Below are positions 19,841 through 29,271 of a stretch of 60,841 bases of DNA, piece after piece. Each line of letters begins with the position of its first letter. Within the stretch, counting starts at the first letter, position 1. Where the stretch lies: positions 1 through 60,841 of the IMG/VR virus record IMGVR_UViG_3300035109_000005; one strand, given 5' to 3'. A program made the translations under genes and the position numbers. A model generated the notes under the pieces. It searched no databases. It worked only from the letters and a program-made list of their open reading frames with translations, and had not been told where the DNA came from. Origin of the DNA: a virus. Its lineage: Duplodnaviria > Caudoviricetes.

Positions 19841-20284
19841 TCACTTCACCGCAAAATCGACGCTGTTGAGCAGATGGCCGGTGTCCACAAGCTGCTTGTC
19901 GAAGCCCTTGCGCGCGACCGTCTTCGGGGACAGCGGGACGCCATCGAACTCCGTAATGGCTTCCTGCAACTGCCCTTTGATCGCGCTGCCGGTCAGCTCC
20001 AACGTCTTGCGCGCGTCAAAGTCGTTGTCTTTGAGCAACTCGGCTACGGCCTCTGGCCATTCCGGCGATTTGTCATTGATCATGCCGCGGAAGAATGGCC
20101 GCGGGGGGATGTTCCGCGATGGAGCTCCAAATTCCTGGATGGCGGCAACCATCGGAACGCTTGTCCCGTCGGGATAGGTCGCGTCCTCAAGAAACCCGAC
20201 ATCAACTGTCGCGGCGTTGGTGAGCTTTGCGCTCATTTCCTTGAGCGCGCGCTCCAACCGGTCGCCGCCCGAGAGCTTTACCAC
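19841..20284 (-). CDS. Neck protein (HK97 gp10-like)
   Basis: VGFLE.ATYPDG, EFG...IPPRPFFR, KGFDKQLVDTG.L. Confidence 0.8.
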   Translation of the reverse strand: MVKLSGGDRLERALKEMSAKLTNAATVDVGFLEDATYPDGTSVPMVAAIQEFGAPSRNIPPRPFFRGMINDKSPEWPEAVAELLKDNDFDARKTLELTGSAIKGQLQEAITEFDGVPLSPKTVARKGFDKQLVDTGHLLNSVDFAVK

Positions 20285-20730
20285 TTAGGCACATATCCCG
20301 GCCGCCCGTAAGGCGGCTCGAATGTCTTGCGGGGCCCCGGCACGTATCGCATCTGCCGGTAGGGCGCCATCGCATTCCAATAGGCGAACCCATACTTTGA
20401 CTGGGCGAACCATTCCGCCGAGCCAGAGACAGCTGGCTTGGCATAGGACACTGAGACGCTGCCCTGCGTGGCGCTCGAGATGCTGCCAACTGAGCCGGCC
20501 GTGGAGGCAGGCTGGCCGGTGGCGCCGGGATTGAGGAAAGCGATGTGCGCCGTGAGCATGTAGAGCAGCATGGTCTGCTGCCCCACGTCGTTGACAGGGC
20601 TCGTCCCGTCGTTGCGCAGGACGAGCGCCGCCTCATTGAAATACATCTGCGCGAGCGAACTGCTGACCCCCGAAAACTCGGGGTAGCGAGCTACCCAGTC
20701 ACTGTAGACGAATGAGGCGACGGCTCCCAT
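20278..20730 (-). CDS. Head-tail adaptor (DUF4054-like)
   Basis: YPEF, LLYMLTAHIA, SATQGSVSVS, WFAQSKYG..YW. Confidence 0.85.
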   Translation of the reverse strand: MGAVASFVYSDWVARYPEFSGVSSSLAQMYFNEAALVLRNDGTSPVNDVGQQTMLLYMLTAHIAFLNPGATGQPASTAGSVGSISSATQGSVSVSYAKPAVSGSAEWFAQSKYGFAYWNAMAPYRQMRYVPGPRKTFEPPYGRPGYVPKW

Positions 20731-20731
20731 C

Positions 20732-21190
20732 TTACGCGGCCTTCTCGGTCATCTTCTCGATTTTGGCCGTTTTCAAGCGCTCACCGGGATTGTTCGGGTC
20801 AATCGGCTCGACGCCGGTCTTCAGCGTCTTGCGCTCGTCGGCAGCGGACAGCGCCCGCTCTTTGGTGGACTGCACGAAGATGTGGCCGTTCTTGAACGGC
20901 GCGAAGTCCGCGTTGTCCTTGACCCAGGCTTCCCAGAACGAGGCGTCGACCTCGGTGAGGCCGACGCCGTTGATCAGGCCGGACTTGTTGGCGCCATTCA
21001 GCCAGACCTTCTCGCCGACAGGCTTGCGGATCGGCTGCTTGTCGTCGGTCTCGCTCAATTGAAACAGCTGCAACCCGATGCCATGCAGCAGACGGCAGCC
21101 GACGACGACAGTGGCGACGCCCGAGGGGGGAGTGGCCTTGGAGGCGGGATTGTTGGGGGCCGCAGTCCCCTTGTTTGCGATTTCGACCAT
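20732..21190 (-). CDS. Conserved head-module protein
   Basis: VVVGCRL.HG, GLTEVDASFWEAW, KTGVEPIDP; follows the major capsid gene. Confidence 0.75.
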   Translation of the reverse strand: MVEIANKGTAAPNNPASKATPPSGVATVVVGCRLLHGIGLQLFQLSETDDKQPIRKPVGEKVWLNGANKSGLINGVGLTEVDASFWEAWVKDNADFAPFKNGHIFVQSTKERALSAADERKTLKTGVEPIDPNNPGERLKTAKIEKMTEKAA

Positions 21191-22230
21191 CAGTAACCGA
21201 TCCCCTGTGCGATGGCGATGGGGCGGCGGATGATCGCTCCCCAAGTTCCGCCGGTCTTCTTCTGGCGCTTCGCCGAGAGCTCGGGGATGACCGGGCCGGC
21301 GCGCATCTTCTCGGTGAAGGCGCAATAGGCCGTCTGGTCGCCGTCGATTTCATCGGCAATGAGCTGGATGACTTCGCCCGCCGCAGTGTTGTATTCGGGC
21401 ACGGTGACGATGCGCAGATTCTTGAACGCATCCATGATCGCTTTGCGGGCCGGCGCCAGCGTGTAGCTGGTGACGCGATCCAGATAAGGCTCGATGACCG
21501 GCGACAACGCCAGCGTCATTTTTGCCTCGCTGTCCAGCATGCCAGACAACTGGGTCTGCAGCTGCACATAGAGCGCCAGGAAGTCGTTGAAGATCTCCAC
21601 CGCCGTGGCGACGGCCCAGGTCGTGCCGCCCGCCGTCTTGGTGGACGGCGTGACGTAGGCCGGCAGGCTCGGATCGTTGAGCATGCCATAGTTCTGCAGG
21701 CCGGCGACGCCATACAGATACGTCTGGTTCATGAACTTCGCCATGATCAGGTCAGCGGAATAATTCTTGTCCGCGACGTAATTCATGGCGGCGAGGCCGA
21801 AAATCTCGGTCTCGCGGTCGCCGTAGCCCACGATGGTCTGGAAATGGTAGCTCTGCCGCGGCACCCAGTTGTAGTTGGAGCCGGCAAAGCCGTTGTTGTT
21901 GTAATCGCCATAAGACGACACTTCGCCGGTCGACTCCACGACGGGGAACTGCGTGGTGAGGGTCGTCCAGTCGCCCTTTTTGACCTCGCCCTTCGATCCT
22001 TCGCCGCACACCTGCGCCGCCTTCATCGGAGTGACGAGGACGCGGATGCGCTTTGGATCGAGGAGGTTGGCGAGATAGGACGGGATGCCCGCGTTCTGGG
22101 CGGTGACAGTGACCGGCGCCGCGTCCATCGCGACCTCCGGATTTCCTTGCCAATTCTCCGGCAGCATTTCTGCGTAGTCAGGAACGATGATGCCGCGATT
22201 CGCGAGCACCTTGAGTTGTTCAGGTTTCAT
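21190..22230 (-). CDS. Major capsid protein (DUF2184-like)
   Basis: AMDAAP..T..NAGIP, KKGDWT, YGDYNNNG, YGVAGLQNYG.LNDPSL, GTWGAIIRRP; start could be TTG at 22263. Confidence 0.9.
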   Translation of the reverse strand: MKPEQLKVLANRGIIVPDYAEMLPENWQGNPEVAMDAAPVTVTAQNAGIPSYLANLLDPKRIRVLVTPMKAAQVCGEGSKGEVKKGDWTTLTTQFPVVESTGEVSSYGDYNNNGFAGSNYNWVPRQSYHFQTIVGYGDRETEIFGLAAMNYVADKNYSADLIMAKFMNQTYLYGVAGLQNYGMLNDPSLPAYVTPSTKTAGGTTWAVATAVEIFNDFLALYVQLQTQLSGMLDSEAKMTLALSPVIEPYLDRVTSYTLAPARKAIMDAFKNLRIVTVPEYNTAAGEVIQLIADEIDGDQTAYCAFTEKMRAGPVIPELSAKRQKKTGGTWGAIIRRPIAIAQGIGY

Positions 22231-22397
22231 GGAGCGCCACGCGCGCGAAAACACCTTGGCCAAAAGCCGGGGTGTTTTCGCGTCCTTTTGATGGTTCGGG
22301 AGGGGGAGGAAATGCGCGCCGATTAATCAGGGCTGCGCAATGTGCATCATCGTAAAACTCCCCCCGCTACCAGCGAGAGGACGTGTCAAACCGCGCG

Positions 22398-23342
22398 TTA
22401 GCCGTGCGTGCTGATGCGCGCGAGTTCGCCCGCGCCTGCGTAAGAGTCGACGTACCAGTTCGTCTCGACCGCCGACACGCTGGTGATCGTGGACGACGTG
22501 ACCGTCTGCGTGAGATTGACGATGTAGGTCCCGAGGCCGCCCGTGCCGGTGCCCAGAGCGGTGATCTGCGTGCCTGCGGCGACGCCGCCACCGCCGGTTC
22601 CCGACAGGATCTGGCCGACGCCGAACGTGCCAGACATGGCGCTCGACGCCGTGAACAGGCCGTAGGTGGCGGAGATGGTGGTGGACGCCACCGTCTGGTT
22701 GATCGACACCTCGTAGGTCCCGACGCCGCCCGCCGTGCCCGACAGCTGGCGAACGATGGTGGTGCCGGAAACAACGCCCGAACCGGAGATGGCGGACCCG
22801 GGATACAGCGTGCCGGAGCCCACGGCGGTGACGGTGAGAACGCCGCCGGCCGTATCCGTATTGAACGGCGTGGCTGAGGCGATGGAGCCCGTGACGGAGG
22901 CCGTGCCCGCGGCAATGGTGCCGGTGCAGGAACCGCCAGCCGGTGGCGTGCCGGTGGCGGCGGCATAGCAGGTGCCATCCGCGTAGTTGGCGTAGACCTT
23001 CTGGCCAACCGCAGCGCCGGACGCGAACCGCGCCAGCACGTCGGCGTCGGTATACAGCGTCACCTCGTAGCCAGCCGGCACGACCATGCTGGACTGGCCG
23101 AGAAACTCCGTGATCAGCGCCGGCTGGTCTTTCTGGACGAAGCCGATGCGGCCCTGGCCGCCGCTGTTGGAGACGATGCCATCCGCCGCCGCCCAGGCGA
23201 AGCGGCCGACCGTGACGCCAGCTGCGCCAGCGATGAGAGCGCCGACGCCGGCCAGCATCGAATATCGCGGATTGTGGGAAGCCCAGTCGCCTTCGATGCC
23301 GATGGCGGGCTGGTTGTACATCGTGGACTGAAAGCCAGTCAT
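22398..23342 (-). CDS. Head decoration/cement protein with inserted beta modules
   Basis: GFQ...[26 protein letters not shown]...GELARIS. Confidence 0.8.
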   Translation of the reverse strand: MTGFQSTMYNQPAIGIEGDWASHNPRYSMLAGVGALIAGAAGVTVGRFAWAAADGIVSNSGGQGRIGFVQKDQPALITEFLGQSSMVVPAGYEVTLYTDADVLARFASGAAVGQKVYANYADGTCYAAATGTPPAGGSCTGTIAAGTASVTGSIASATPFNTDTAGGVLTVTAVGSGTLYPGSAISGSGVVSGTTIVRQLSGTAGGVGTYEVSINQTVASTTISATYGLFTASSAMSGTFGVGQILSGTGGGGVAAGTQITALGTGTGGLGTYIVNLTQTVTSSTITSVSAVETNWYVDSYAGAGELARISTHG

Positions 23343-23355
23343 TGTTCAGATCTCC

Positions 23356-25452
23356 TTAGAGAACGCGGACCGGCTCAAGGCCGCCGAGGATTTTGGTGAG
23401 CTCCGCATCGGCGCTGGCGTAGCCCTTCGCCGAGCCGCGCGACGGGGCGGGCTGGTGGCCAGGGAGCGGCTGCGCTTTGAGAATGGCGGAGAGGGCGGAC
23501 GGATGGACGTCGGCATGATCAACGCCGAGAACGTCGAGCGCCGCGCGCCGCACGTTCTCGGCGCTGTCGAAGCTCATGGCGAGCTTGCCCACATAGGGCT
23601 CGACTTCGCGCTCGGCGTCGCGGATGGCGGAGAAATTGTCCTGAAGTTTCTTCGTCGCCACCGCAACGGCGTTGCCGATCTCTCGGGCGACGCGGGCCGA
23701 AACGGCCTTGTTGATGGCGGCGTCCATGGCCGCTTTGTTCATGAGCTTGTCTTCCTCGTTTTCGTCGTCCGCGCGGCCCCCCTCGCGCCGCATGGCGCCT
23801 TGGTCCTCGCGGTCTTCATCCTGGCCCGCCATCTCAGAGCGCTCATGATGCTCTGTAGCGGCGCCGATCTGCTTCAGCAGCTCACCCAACGCAGCCATCT
23901 CCTCGTCGGAGAGCTTGCCTTTGAGCAAAGCATTGATCTTGGCGAACGGATCGTCGTCGACCGCGTCGGTGTCGTCCGGTCCTTCACGCCGCTCTGACAG
24001 GTTCGGGCGCACGCCCTCTTCCTCGTCTTCCGCTTTGTGCGCGCCAACGGCGCCGAGCAGCTCTTTGAGCCCCTCGTTGTCGTAAACGGCGTCGGCGGCG
24101 AGCTTGCCAGCCACAGCCTTCTTGATGTCGTGCAGCATCTTGCCGGTGCGGCTCTCGAAATTCTTCGAGGTGACGCCCGCGAAGATCGGCGTGAGGTCGA
24201 TCTTCGCGTCCGCGGCAAGCAGCGGACGCAGATAAGCGAAAACCGCTCCCTGCGTCTGAGCCGCCTTCAGAGAGAGCGGTTTCTTCATTCCATTTTTCTC
24301 CGGCTGAGTTTTGAAACCGGGCGCAGCGTCAGCCACATATGCGCCGGGGACTCGTCCTTCTTCGACTTGAGCGAGATGGTTGCCGCGGATGTTGATCATG
24401 CGGCCGTCATAAGGCGTGCCGTCTGGCGCTACGCCGGGGGTCATGTCGCAGTCGTAGAGGTAGCCGCAGGAGAGATCGCGAAGCGTCTCATTTTCGATGG
24501 CGTCGATCGCTTCCTGATCCCAGATGTTGAGCGGGGCAAAGAGCGTGTCGCCCTCGAACTCGACATCATCGCCCACAGATCCAACCGTCGTCTGGCGCGG
24601 GTGATCTTCGGCGACGGACGGGGTGTGGCGCAGGAGCAGGGGCTTGCCGGCGAACGTCGGCGCGGCTTTCTTCAGCTCATCGGCGTCGCGGTAGAGGTTG
24701 TAAACGCGGTCTGGATCAAGCCCGAGCTTTTTCCATTCTGGAATTTCCCGCCCGTAATAGGGTGAGACGACTGCGCGCGAGATCGGCGAGCGCTCAACGC
24801 GCATGTGGCCGTTTTCGTCAACCGTGCGAACGCTGGCCTTGTCGAAGGCAATGGAATCGGCGGCGGCGGACCGCGCCATGAATAGCGCCGTCGTCAGGCG
24901 ATCAAAAAAGTCGCAGCCCTTCTCATCTTCAGCGCGTTTTGTCGCAACTTCCTTAAGCCGGCGGAGGTTGTCCTGCACCGCAGGATGTAGCGGATGCGGG
25001 AGGTCATCAAGGCTTGCCCACTGATGGCCGTCGTGCTCGTCGTTCAGTTTCGGATCGAACGCACTATCTACGCGCTTAACATAGGTCGAATAGGCGAAGC
25101 CGTTGGGCGTTGTGCGCCGATCAAAGAGGATTTTGCGGCCAGGAGGATGGCTCCCGATTTCTTCGGTTGCCTCACGATCTGCGGCCTCCTCCGGCGTTTC
25201 TCCCGGCTCGCCCTTGCCGCCGGGGATCGCCCAATGGCCTGCAAAATTTTCTTCCTTGGAGCTGCGGCGAAGAAGTAAAACCTTGCCGTCAGGCGTGATG
25301 AAGAGAATGCCCGCTGCGACAATCGGCTCTTCGTCTTCGCCAGCCTGCTTGTAGGCAATGGCGACCGCCTGGCGCTGCGGCTTTCCCGCGCGCATTTCCG
25401 CTGCCACGTTATGAGAGAACGCGGCAGCGTTGGGGCCCTTCTGGAGAGGCAT
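23356..25452 (-). CDS. Head maturation/scaffold protein (DUF2213-like) with N-terminal Nudix domain
   Basis: Nudix box GGKGEPGETPEEAADREATEEIG; DUF2213-type PYYGREIP, LSCGY, IRGNHLA.VEEGR; acidic scaffold C-terminus. Confidence 0.85.
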   Translation of the reverse strand: MPLQKGPNAAAFSHNVAAEMRAGKPQRQAVAIAYKQAGEDEEPIVAAGILFITPDGKVLLLRRSSKEENFAGHWAIPGGKGEPGETPEEAADREATEEIGSHPPGRKILFDRRTTPNGFAYSTYVKRVDSAFDPKLNDEHDGHQWASLDDLPHPLHPAVQDNLRRLKEVATKRAEDEKGCDFFDRLTTALFMARSAAADSIAFDKASVRTVDENGHMRVERSPISRAVVSPYYGREIPEWKKLGLDPDRVYNLYRDADELKKAAPTFAGKPLLLRHTPSVAEDHPRQTTVGSVGDDVEFEGDTLFAPLNIWDQEAIDAIENETLRDLSCGYLYDCDMTPGVAPDGTPYDGRMINIRGNHLAQVEEGRVPGAYVADAAPGFKTQPEKNGMKKPLSLKAAQTQGAVFAYLRPLLAADAKIDLTPIFAGVTSKNFESRTGKMLHDIKKAVAGKLAADAVYDNEGLKELLGAVGAHKAEDEEEGVRPNLSERREGPDDTDAVDDDPFAKINALLKGKLSDEEMAALGELLKQIGAATEHHERSEMAGQDEDREDQGAMRREGGRADDENEEDKLMNKAAMDAAINKAVSARVAREIGNAVAVATKKLQDNFSAIRDAEREVEPYVGKLAMSFDSAENVRRAALDVLGVDHADVHPSALSAILKAQPLPGHQPAPSRGSAKGYASADAELTKILGGLEPVRVL

Positions 25453-25462
25453 TTGTGGCCTA

Positions 25463-26188
25463 TCAGCCGCCGTAGGAGACGCTATTGATGTGGCCGGTGT
25501 TGGCGCCGCTGGACGAAGTCACGAGCATGACCAACTCAAGCGCGACACGCTGACCCGGAACCAGTCCCGTGCCGGTGATCGTAAATACGAGCGGGCCAGC
25601 CGTCGCCGCCATCTGCTGCGCGGCGCTGACCGTGAGCGCGGTCTCAGCGCCCGCCGTCGACTCGGTGTAGGCCGCAACCGTCATCGTGGTGCTGGCGCCC
25701 GTAACCGTGCCAGCGCCGCTGTAATTGCAGTTGACCGTGACCGCGATGTTCTGGCCCGCGACGTAGCTGTCAGGGAGGTTGAACTCCCACACAGCCTTGT
25801 CGGTCTTCGCGTTGCCGGAAGTGGCCTCGCCGTCCAGCGTTAGACCCGTGCCAGCGGTGCGCGTGACGCCCACGGCGCCAGATGTTGCGGTGGCCGTCAG
25901 GGCCACGCCTGCGTCCGACTTTGCAGCGGTCAGCGGTAGATTGCGCGTCGTGCCCCCAGTAGCGGTGGGAACGAACGTCTGGGCGACAGCAACCGGAGCG
26001 CCGCCAGCGCCGCCCTGCTTCAGAGTGGTGGCATAGAGCGTGCCGCCGCTGACCGAGATGCTCTGGGTGAGAAGCTCTGAGTTCGTCGTTGACGACAAGG
26101 GGACAGGGACCTGATCCAGCGTCGTCGTTTGGGCGTAAGCAGCGCCCGCAATCAATACGGCCGCCGTGATAAGCAGTTTCTTCAACAT
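25463..26188 (-). CDS. Signal-peptide-bearing beta-rich protein in the head module
   Basis: MLKKLLITAAVLIAGAAYA/Q; AAGGA RBS; T/A/G-rich. Confidence 0.65.
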   Translation of the reverse strand: MLKKLLITAAVLIAGAAYAQTTTLDQVPVPLSSTTNSELLTQSISVSGGTLYATTLKQGGAGGAPVAVAQTFVPTATGGTTRNLPLTAAKSDAGVALTATATSGAVGVTRTAGTGLTLDGEATSGNAKTDKAVWEFNLPDSYVAGQNIAVTVNCNYSGAGTVTGASTTMTVAAYTESTAGAETALTVSAAQQMAATAGPLVFTITGTGLVPGQRVALELVMLVTSSSGANTGHINSVSYGG

Positions 26189-26293
26189 GGCTGATTTCCT
26201 TGACGAGAAGTTGAATTGAGCGGTCGCAGAAGTCCGGTTGGGAAGTGATGGCCGAAGTGGGTCATCTCGAGAGAGGGAAGATGCTGCCCATAG

Positions 26294-26324
26294 AAAAAGG
26301 GCCGCCGGCAAGGGCGACCCTTTT
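26294..26324. terminator. Intrinsic terminator (possibly bidirectional) after the MuF gene
   Basis: AAAAAGGGCCGCC-GGCAA-GGGCGACCCTTTT hairpin with A and T tracts. Confidence 0.7.
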
Positions 26325-26348
26325 GAACCTCAGCCTGCGGCTGATATC

Positions 26349-27170
26349 TCAAGAAAATCCGTGAATAACTGGCTTTCCGACGCAGCGGCATTTGATCTCC
26401 GTTCCCGGCCATATCCGCTTGTTGATCGCGGGATCGAGCCAACCTTCGTCAACTCGATATCGAACCTTGTCGCGCCCGGCCTTGACGTGCGACGGGCGCG
26501 GATGCTTCCCGGCGTGCGAGTGAACCCAGATCGCCTCTTCTACGCCGATCTCTAGCTGACGCGCCCGGTTGAGCGCCGCTGTCGCTTTGTTGTTCTGGTC
26601 GCGCGCGATAAAGGCAGCCCGGCGCTTGGTTACCCAGAACTGCTTTTGCAAATCGTCTGTCAGCTGCTTGAGGTCGCGTCCCGTCTGGACGCTGCGCATC
26701 ACGACGCCTTCGACTTGCTCGAGATAACGCTGCGGGATGCTCTTGATCAGCGCGACGTTTTCCTGAACCGTCGCGGAGAGCACCTCGCGCTGCGCGGCGG
26801 TCATCTTCCACTCTACGGAGATGCCGCCATCCTTCAGGATTTTCTTCAACGCCGCGTCGGACCGCGTGCTAACCGATTGCGCGAAATAGGCGGCGAGTTT
26901 TTCCGCCGCCTCATCGAACTTCGCCAACCAGCGCTTTGTCAGCTTGCGGATCGCTTTGCGCATCGCTTCCGCAGAGGATTCATCTTGCGCCAGGGTCTTT
27001 GGCGGGTTGGCGCGGTATTCGGCCCTCAGCCACCACATGATCGAGGCGTGGAGCTCGTCGATGAGCGCGTCAAGCTTCCTCTGGTAAGCCGCTGCGATCC
27101 CCGCATTTGGGTGAACGGGGCGAAGCGTCTTTTCCGTCCGGTCCTTCCGGCGCCTGATCCTCGACGCCAT
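26349..27170 (-). CDS. Minor head protein (MuF/SPP1 gp7 family)
   Basis: LIKSIP..YL, RAAFIARDQNNKA, W.HS...PRPSH, PG.EIKCRC. Confidence 0.9.
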   Translation of the reverse strand: MASRIRRRKDRTEKTLRPVHPNAGIAAAYQRKLDALIDELHASIMWWLRAEYRANPPKTLAQDESSAEAMRKAIRKLTKRWLAKFDEAAEKLAAYFAQSVSTRSDAALKKILKDGGISVEWKMTAAQREVLSATVQENVALIKSIPQRYLEQVEGVVMRSVQTGRDLKQLTDDLQKQFWVTKRRAAFIARDQNNKATAALNRARQLEIGVEEAIWVHSHAGKHPRPSHVKAGRDKVRYRVDEGWLDPAINKRIWPGTEIKCRCVGKPVIHGFS

Positions 27171-27175
27171 CCGAC

Positions 27176-28816
27176 TTAGGCTCTCCTCGCTTCTTCGGCT
27201 TCAGCGCGTCCTGCGCCGTTACCGGCAGATAGCCGAGGATTTCCTCCAGACTGAACTTCACCACGCCGCACGCCCTCCTGCCAGGCAAGATGGCCTAGCT
27301 CGCCATCGCCTTCCTCATCGGGACGCGTCGGGTGGCCTTTGACGCTCAGAACGCCTTCCTGCTCCTCCGGCAGCGGCATTTCATCTGGATCCAGCCCGGC
27401 ATAGGGCGAGTCCTCGTCCTCAATGACGCGGCACCGCTCTTCCTCGGGGCTAAGCGCGCCGCCATCCACGAGGATTTGCCCCGTCTCAGCGTTGGCTTTG
27501 CGGATTTCCGCCTTTTCCTTCTCCGACATTTCCCAGAGGGGAATAAAGTCGAAGCCTATCTCCGGGTCAACTTCGCCGAAAAGCGAGAGCTGGACGAAGC
27601 GGAGGAGCCGCTGCAAGGGCTCCTCGAAGAGATTGATCTGGGCGGCATAGATGCCGTCGTAGAAGACGCGCAACTCGCCTTCCGACGAGGCGTTGAGGCC
27701 GGCCGGGGAGATGCCGGTGTACTTTACCAGCGGGATGCCGGTAATCGCGCACAGATGCTCCTGAGACTGCGCCTGGAGCGCGTCCAGGCCGCTAAGCGGC
27801 GCCGCGACGTTCTTGAGGTCTTCGCTCTCCTTATCGATTACCATGGTCGATTCATTGGAGCGAAACTGGTTGAAAAACGCGACGCGATCAAACAAGCCCT
27901 GGTCCACGGCGCCCGTCGTCCCGCCCATGTTGGTCTGCAGGACCATTGTAGAGAACGCTTTGATGAGGTCTGCGACCGACTGTCTGGTCTGAAGCCAGAT
28001 ATCGACATACGGCTTCATCATCTGGGTCAGCGCCAAGCCGCCGAAGGAATACGCGGGCTTCAAGATGTCCGGCACCGGGCGCCCGACGAACGTCAATAGG
28101 CGCGTCGCGTGGACATCCCGCCCCATGACGCCCCACGTCTGGGGCGCGTACCAGTCTGGCGAGAGCGGATCGCTTGCGTTGTAGGCCATTGGGTAAGCCC
28201 ACATCGCCTCGATGACGCGCAGGCTCTTCAAAGAGCCAGTGGCGATCTTCGCCTTACTGCCGCGCTCCGTGCCGTCGCCAACTGGCTTACCCAGGTCAGA
28301 TGTTGGGTGGCCAAAGTCGGGAAAGATGTGCGCCCGGCCAAAGAACCCGTCTACTTCCGCAGCGCGCCGGAACGCCCTCTTGACCTTGAGGCGATCGAAC
28401 TCTGCCTCGAGATCTTTGATCTTGTCCGACTTGTCGTCGTCTCCCGTCGCAGTGAACTTGATCCACTTGCGGGTCATCTCCCAGGCGATAATTTCGACGG
28501 CGCGGCGGTATTCGGGGCGCTGGGCGAGTTCGGCAAGGTATGGATAGCCAATGAACCCTTGCCCCTCGGAGATCGCGGAGGCGAGCCATTGGCCCGCCCA
28601 ATCCCCGTATGTGGCCGCAGCGTCCAACGCCATCCCGCGCCCTTCTGGCGCGACGCCGGGAGGATGCTCCGCCGGCTTGAAAATGTCGGCGACAGGCGTC
28701 TGCCGCACGGCCTTCTGGCGCTCGTGGATGGCAAGCGCCATTTTGCTGTCTGCAGTGATCCTCACAGCCTTACGCGGCTTGCCGGGGGGCACCTTTCGGC
28801 GACGAGGTTCGCTCAC
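27176..28816 (-). CDS. Portal protein (DUF1073-like)
   Basis: GYPYLAELAQRPEYR, EMTRKWI, LSGLDALQAQSQE, IPLVKYTGISPAGLNASSEGE. Confidence 0.9.
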   Translation of the reverse strand: MSEPRRRKVPPGKPRKAVRITADSKMALAIHERQKAVRQTPVADIFKPAEHPPGVAPEGRGMALDAAATYGDWAGQWLASAISEGQGFIGYPYLAELAQRPEYRRAVEIIAWEMTRKWIKFTATGDDDKSDKIKDLEAEFDRLKVKRAFRRAAEVDGFFGRAHIFPDFGHPTSDLGKPVGDGTERGSKAKIATGSLKSLRVIEAMWAYPMAYNASDPLSPDWYAPQTWGVMGRDVHATRLLTFVGRPVPDILKPAYSFGGLALTQMMKPYVDIWLQTRQSVADLIKAFSTMVLQTNMGGTTGAVDQGLFDRVAFFNQFRSNESTMVIDKESEDLKNVAAPLSGLDALQAQSQEHLCAITGIPLVKYTGISPAGLNASSEGELRVFYDGIYAAQINLFEEPLQRLLRFVQLSLFGEVDPEIGFDFIPLWEMSEKEKAEIRKANAETGQILVDGGALSPEEERCRVIEDEDSPYAGLDPDEMPLPEEQEGVLSVKGHPTRPDEEGDGELGHLAWQEGVRRGEVQSGGNPRLSAGNGAGRAEAEEARRA

Positions 28817-28890
28817 CAGAAAGCAGCCGTGATGACGAGCGCTGCGACGACGCTATACACTGCGATTAGGACCGCGGCCGCGTCAGTCAC
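28813..28890 (-). CDS. 25-aa membrane peptide (MTDAAAVLIAVYSVVAALVITAAFW)
   Basis: GTGA overlaps at both ends exactly bridge the upstream ORF and the portal start; fully hydrophobic. Confidence 0.55.
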   Translation of the reverse strand: MTDAAAVLIAVYSVVAALVITAAFW

Positions 28891-29264
28891 GGCGCCGGGG
28901 CGCGCGAGTTGACCGCCGCGATGGCGTCATTGAGCGCCTTCTCGAGCTCGGCGTTCTTGTTCTGCTCATTCACAAGAGCTTCCTGCGCCGCGGCGAGCTG
29001 GTTTTGGGCGTCGACAAGCTGGCTGCGCGCTGCGGTCACCTGATCCTGCGACGCCGCAGCGCCATCAGCGATGTGCTTCTCGGTGTCATAAGCGGCGGTG
29101 AGCCGCGCGAAAGCGGCGGTGAAGTCTTCGATGATCTGTTGGGCCATTTGCAGCTCTCCGTTCCCCCGCAGCCAATTCACCAGCTGCAGCAGGTATTCCG
29201 AATGGGTTTGGACTTGGGCGATGGACGCCAGGGCGTTCTTGTAGTGCAGATCGGCGCTCATCAT
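28887..29264 (-). CDS. Coiled-coil hypothetical protein
   Basis: GAGG RBS; Gln/Ala heptad-rich C-terminus. Confidence 0.65.
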   Translation of the reverse strand: MMSADLHYKNALASIAQVQTHSEYLLQLVNWLRGNGELQMAQQIIEDFTAAFARLTAAYDTEKHIADGAAASQDQVTAARSQLVDAQNQLAAAQEALVNEQNKNAELEKALNDAIAAVNSRAPAP

Positions 29265-29271
29265 TTCCTCT

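Noticed and set aside
27176-28816. Anti-CBASS Acb1 label sometimes attached to DUF1073 proteins
   Set aside because: Size, motifs and position indicate a portal; no paired HxT phosphoesterase domain seen
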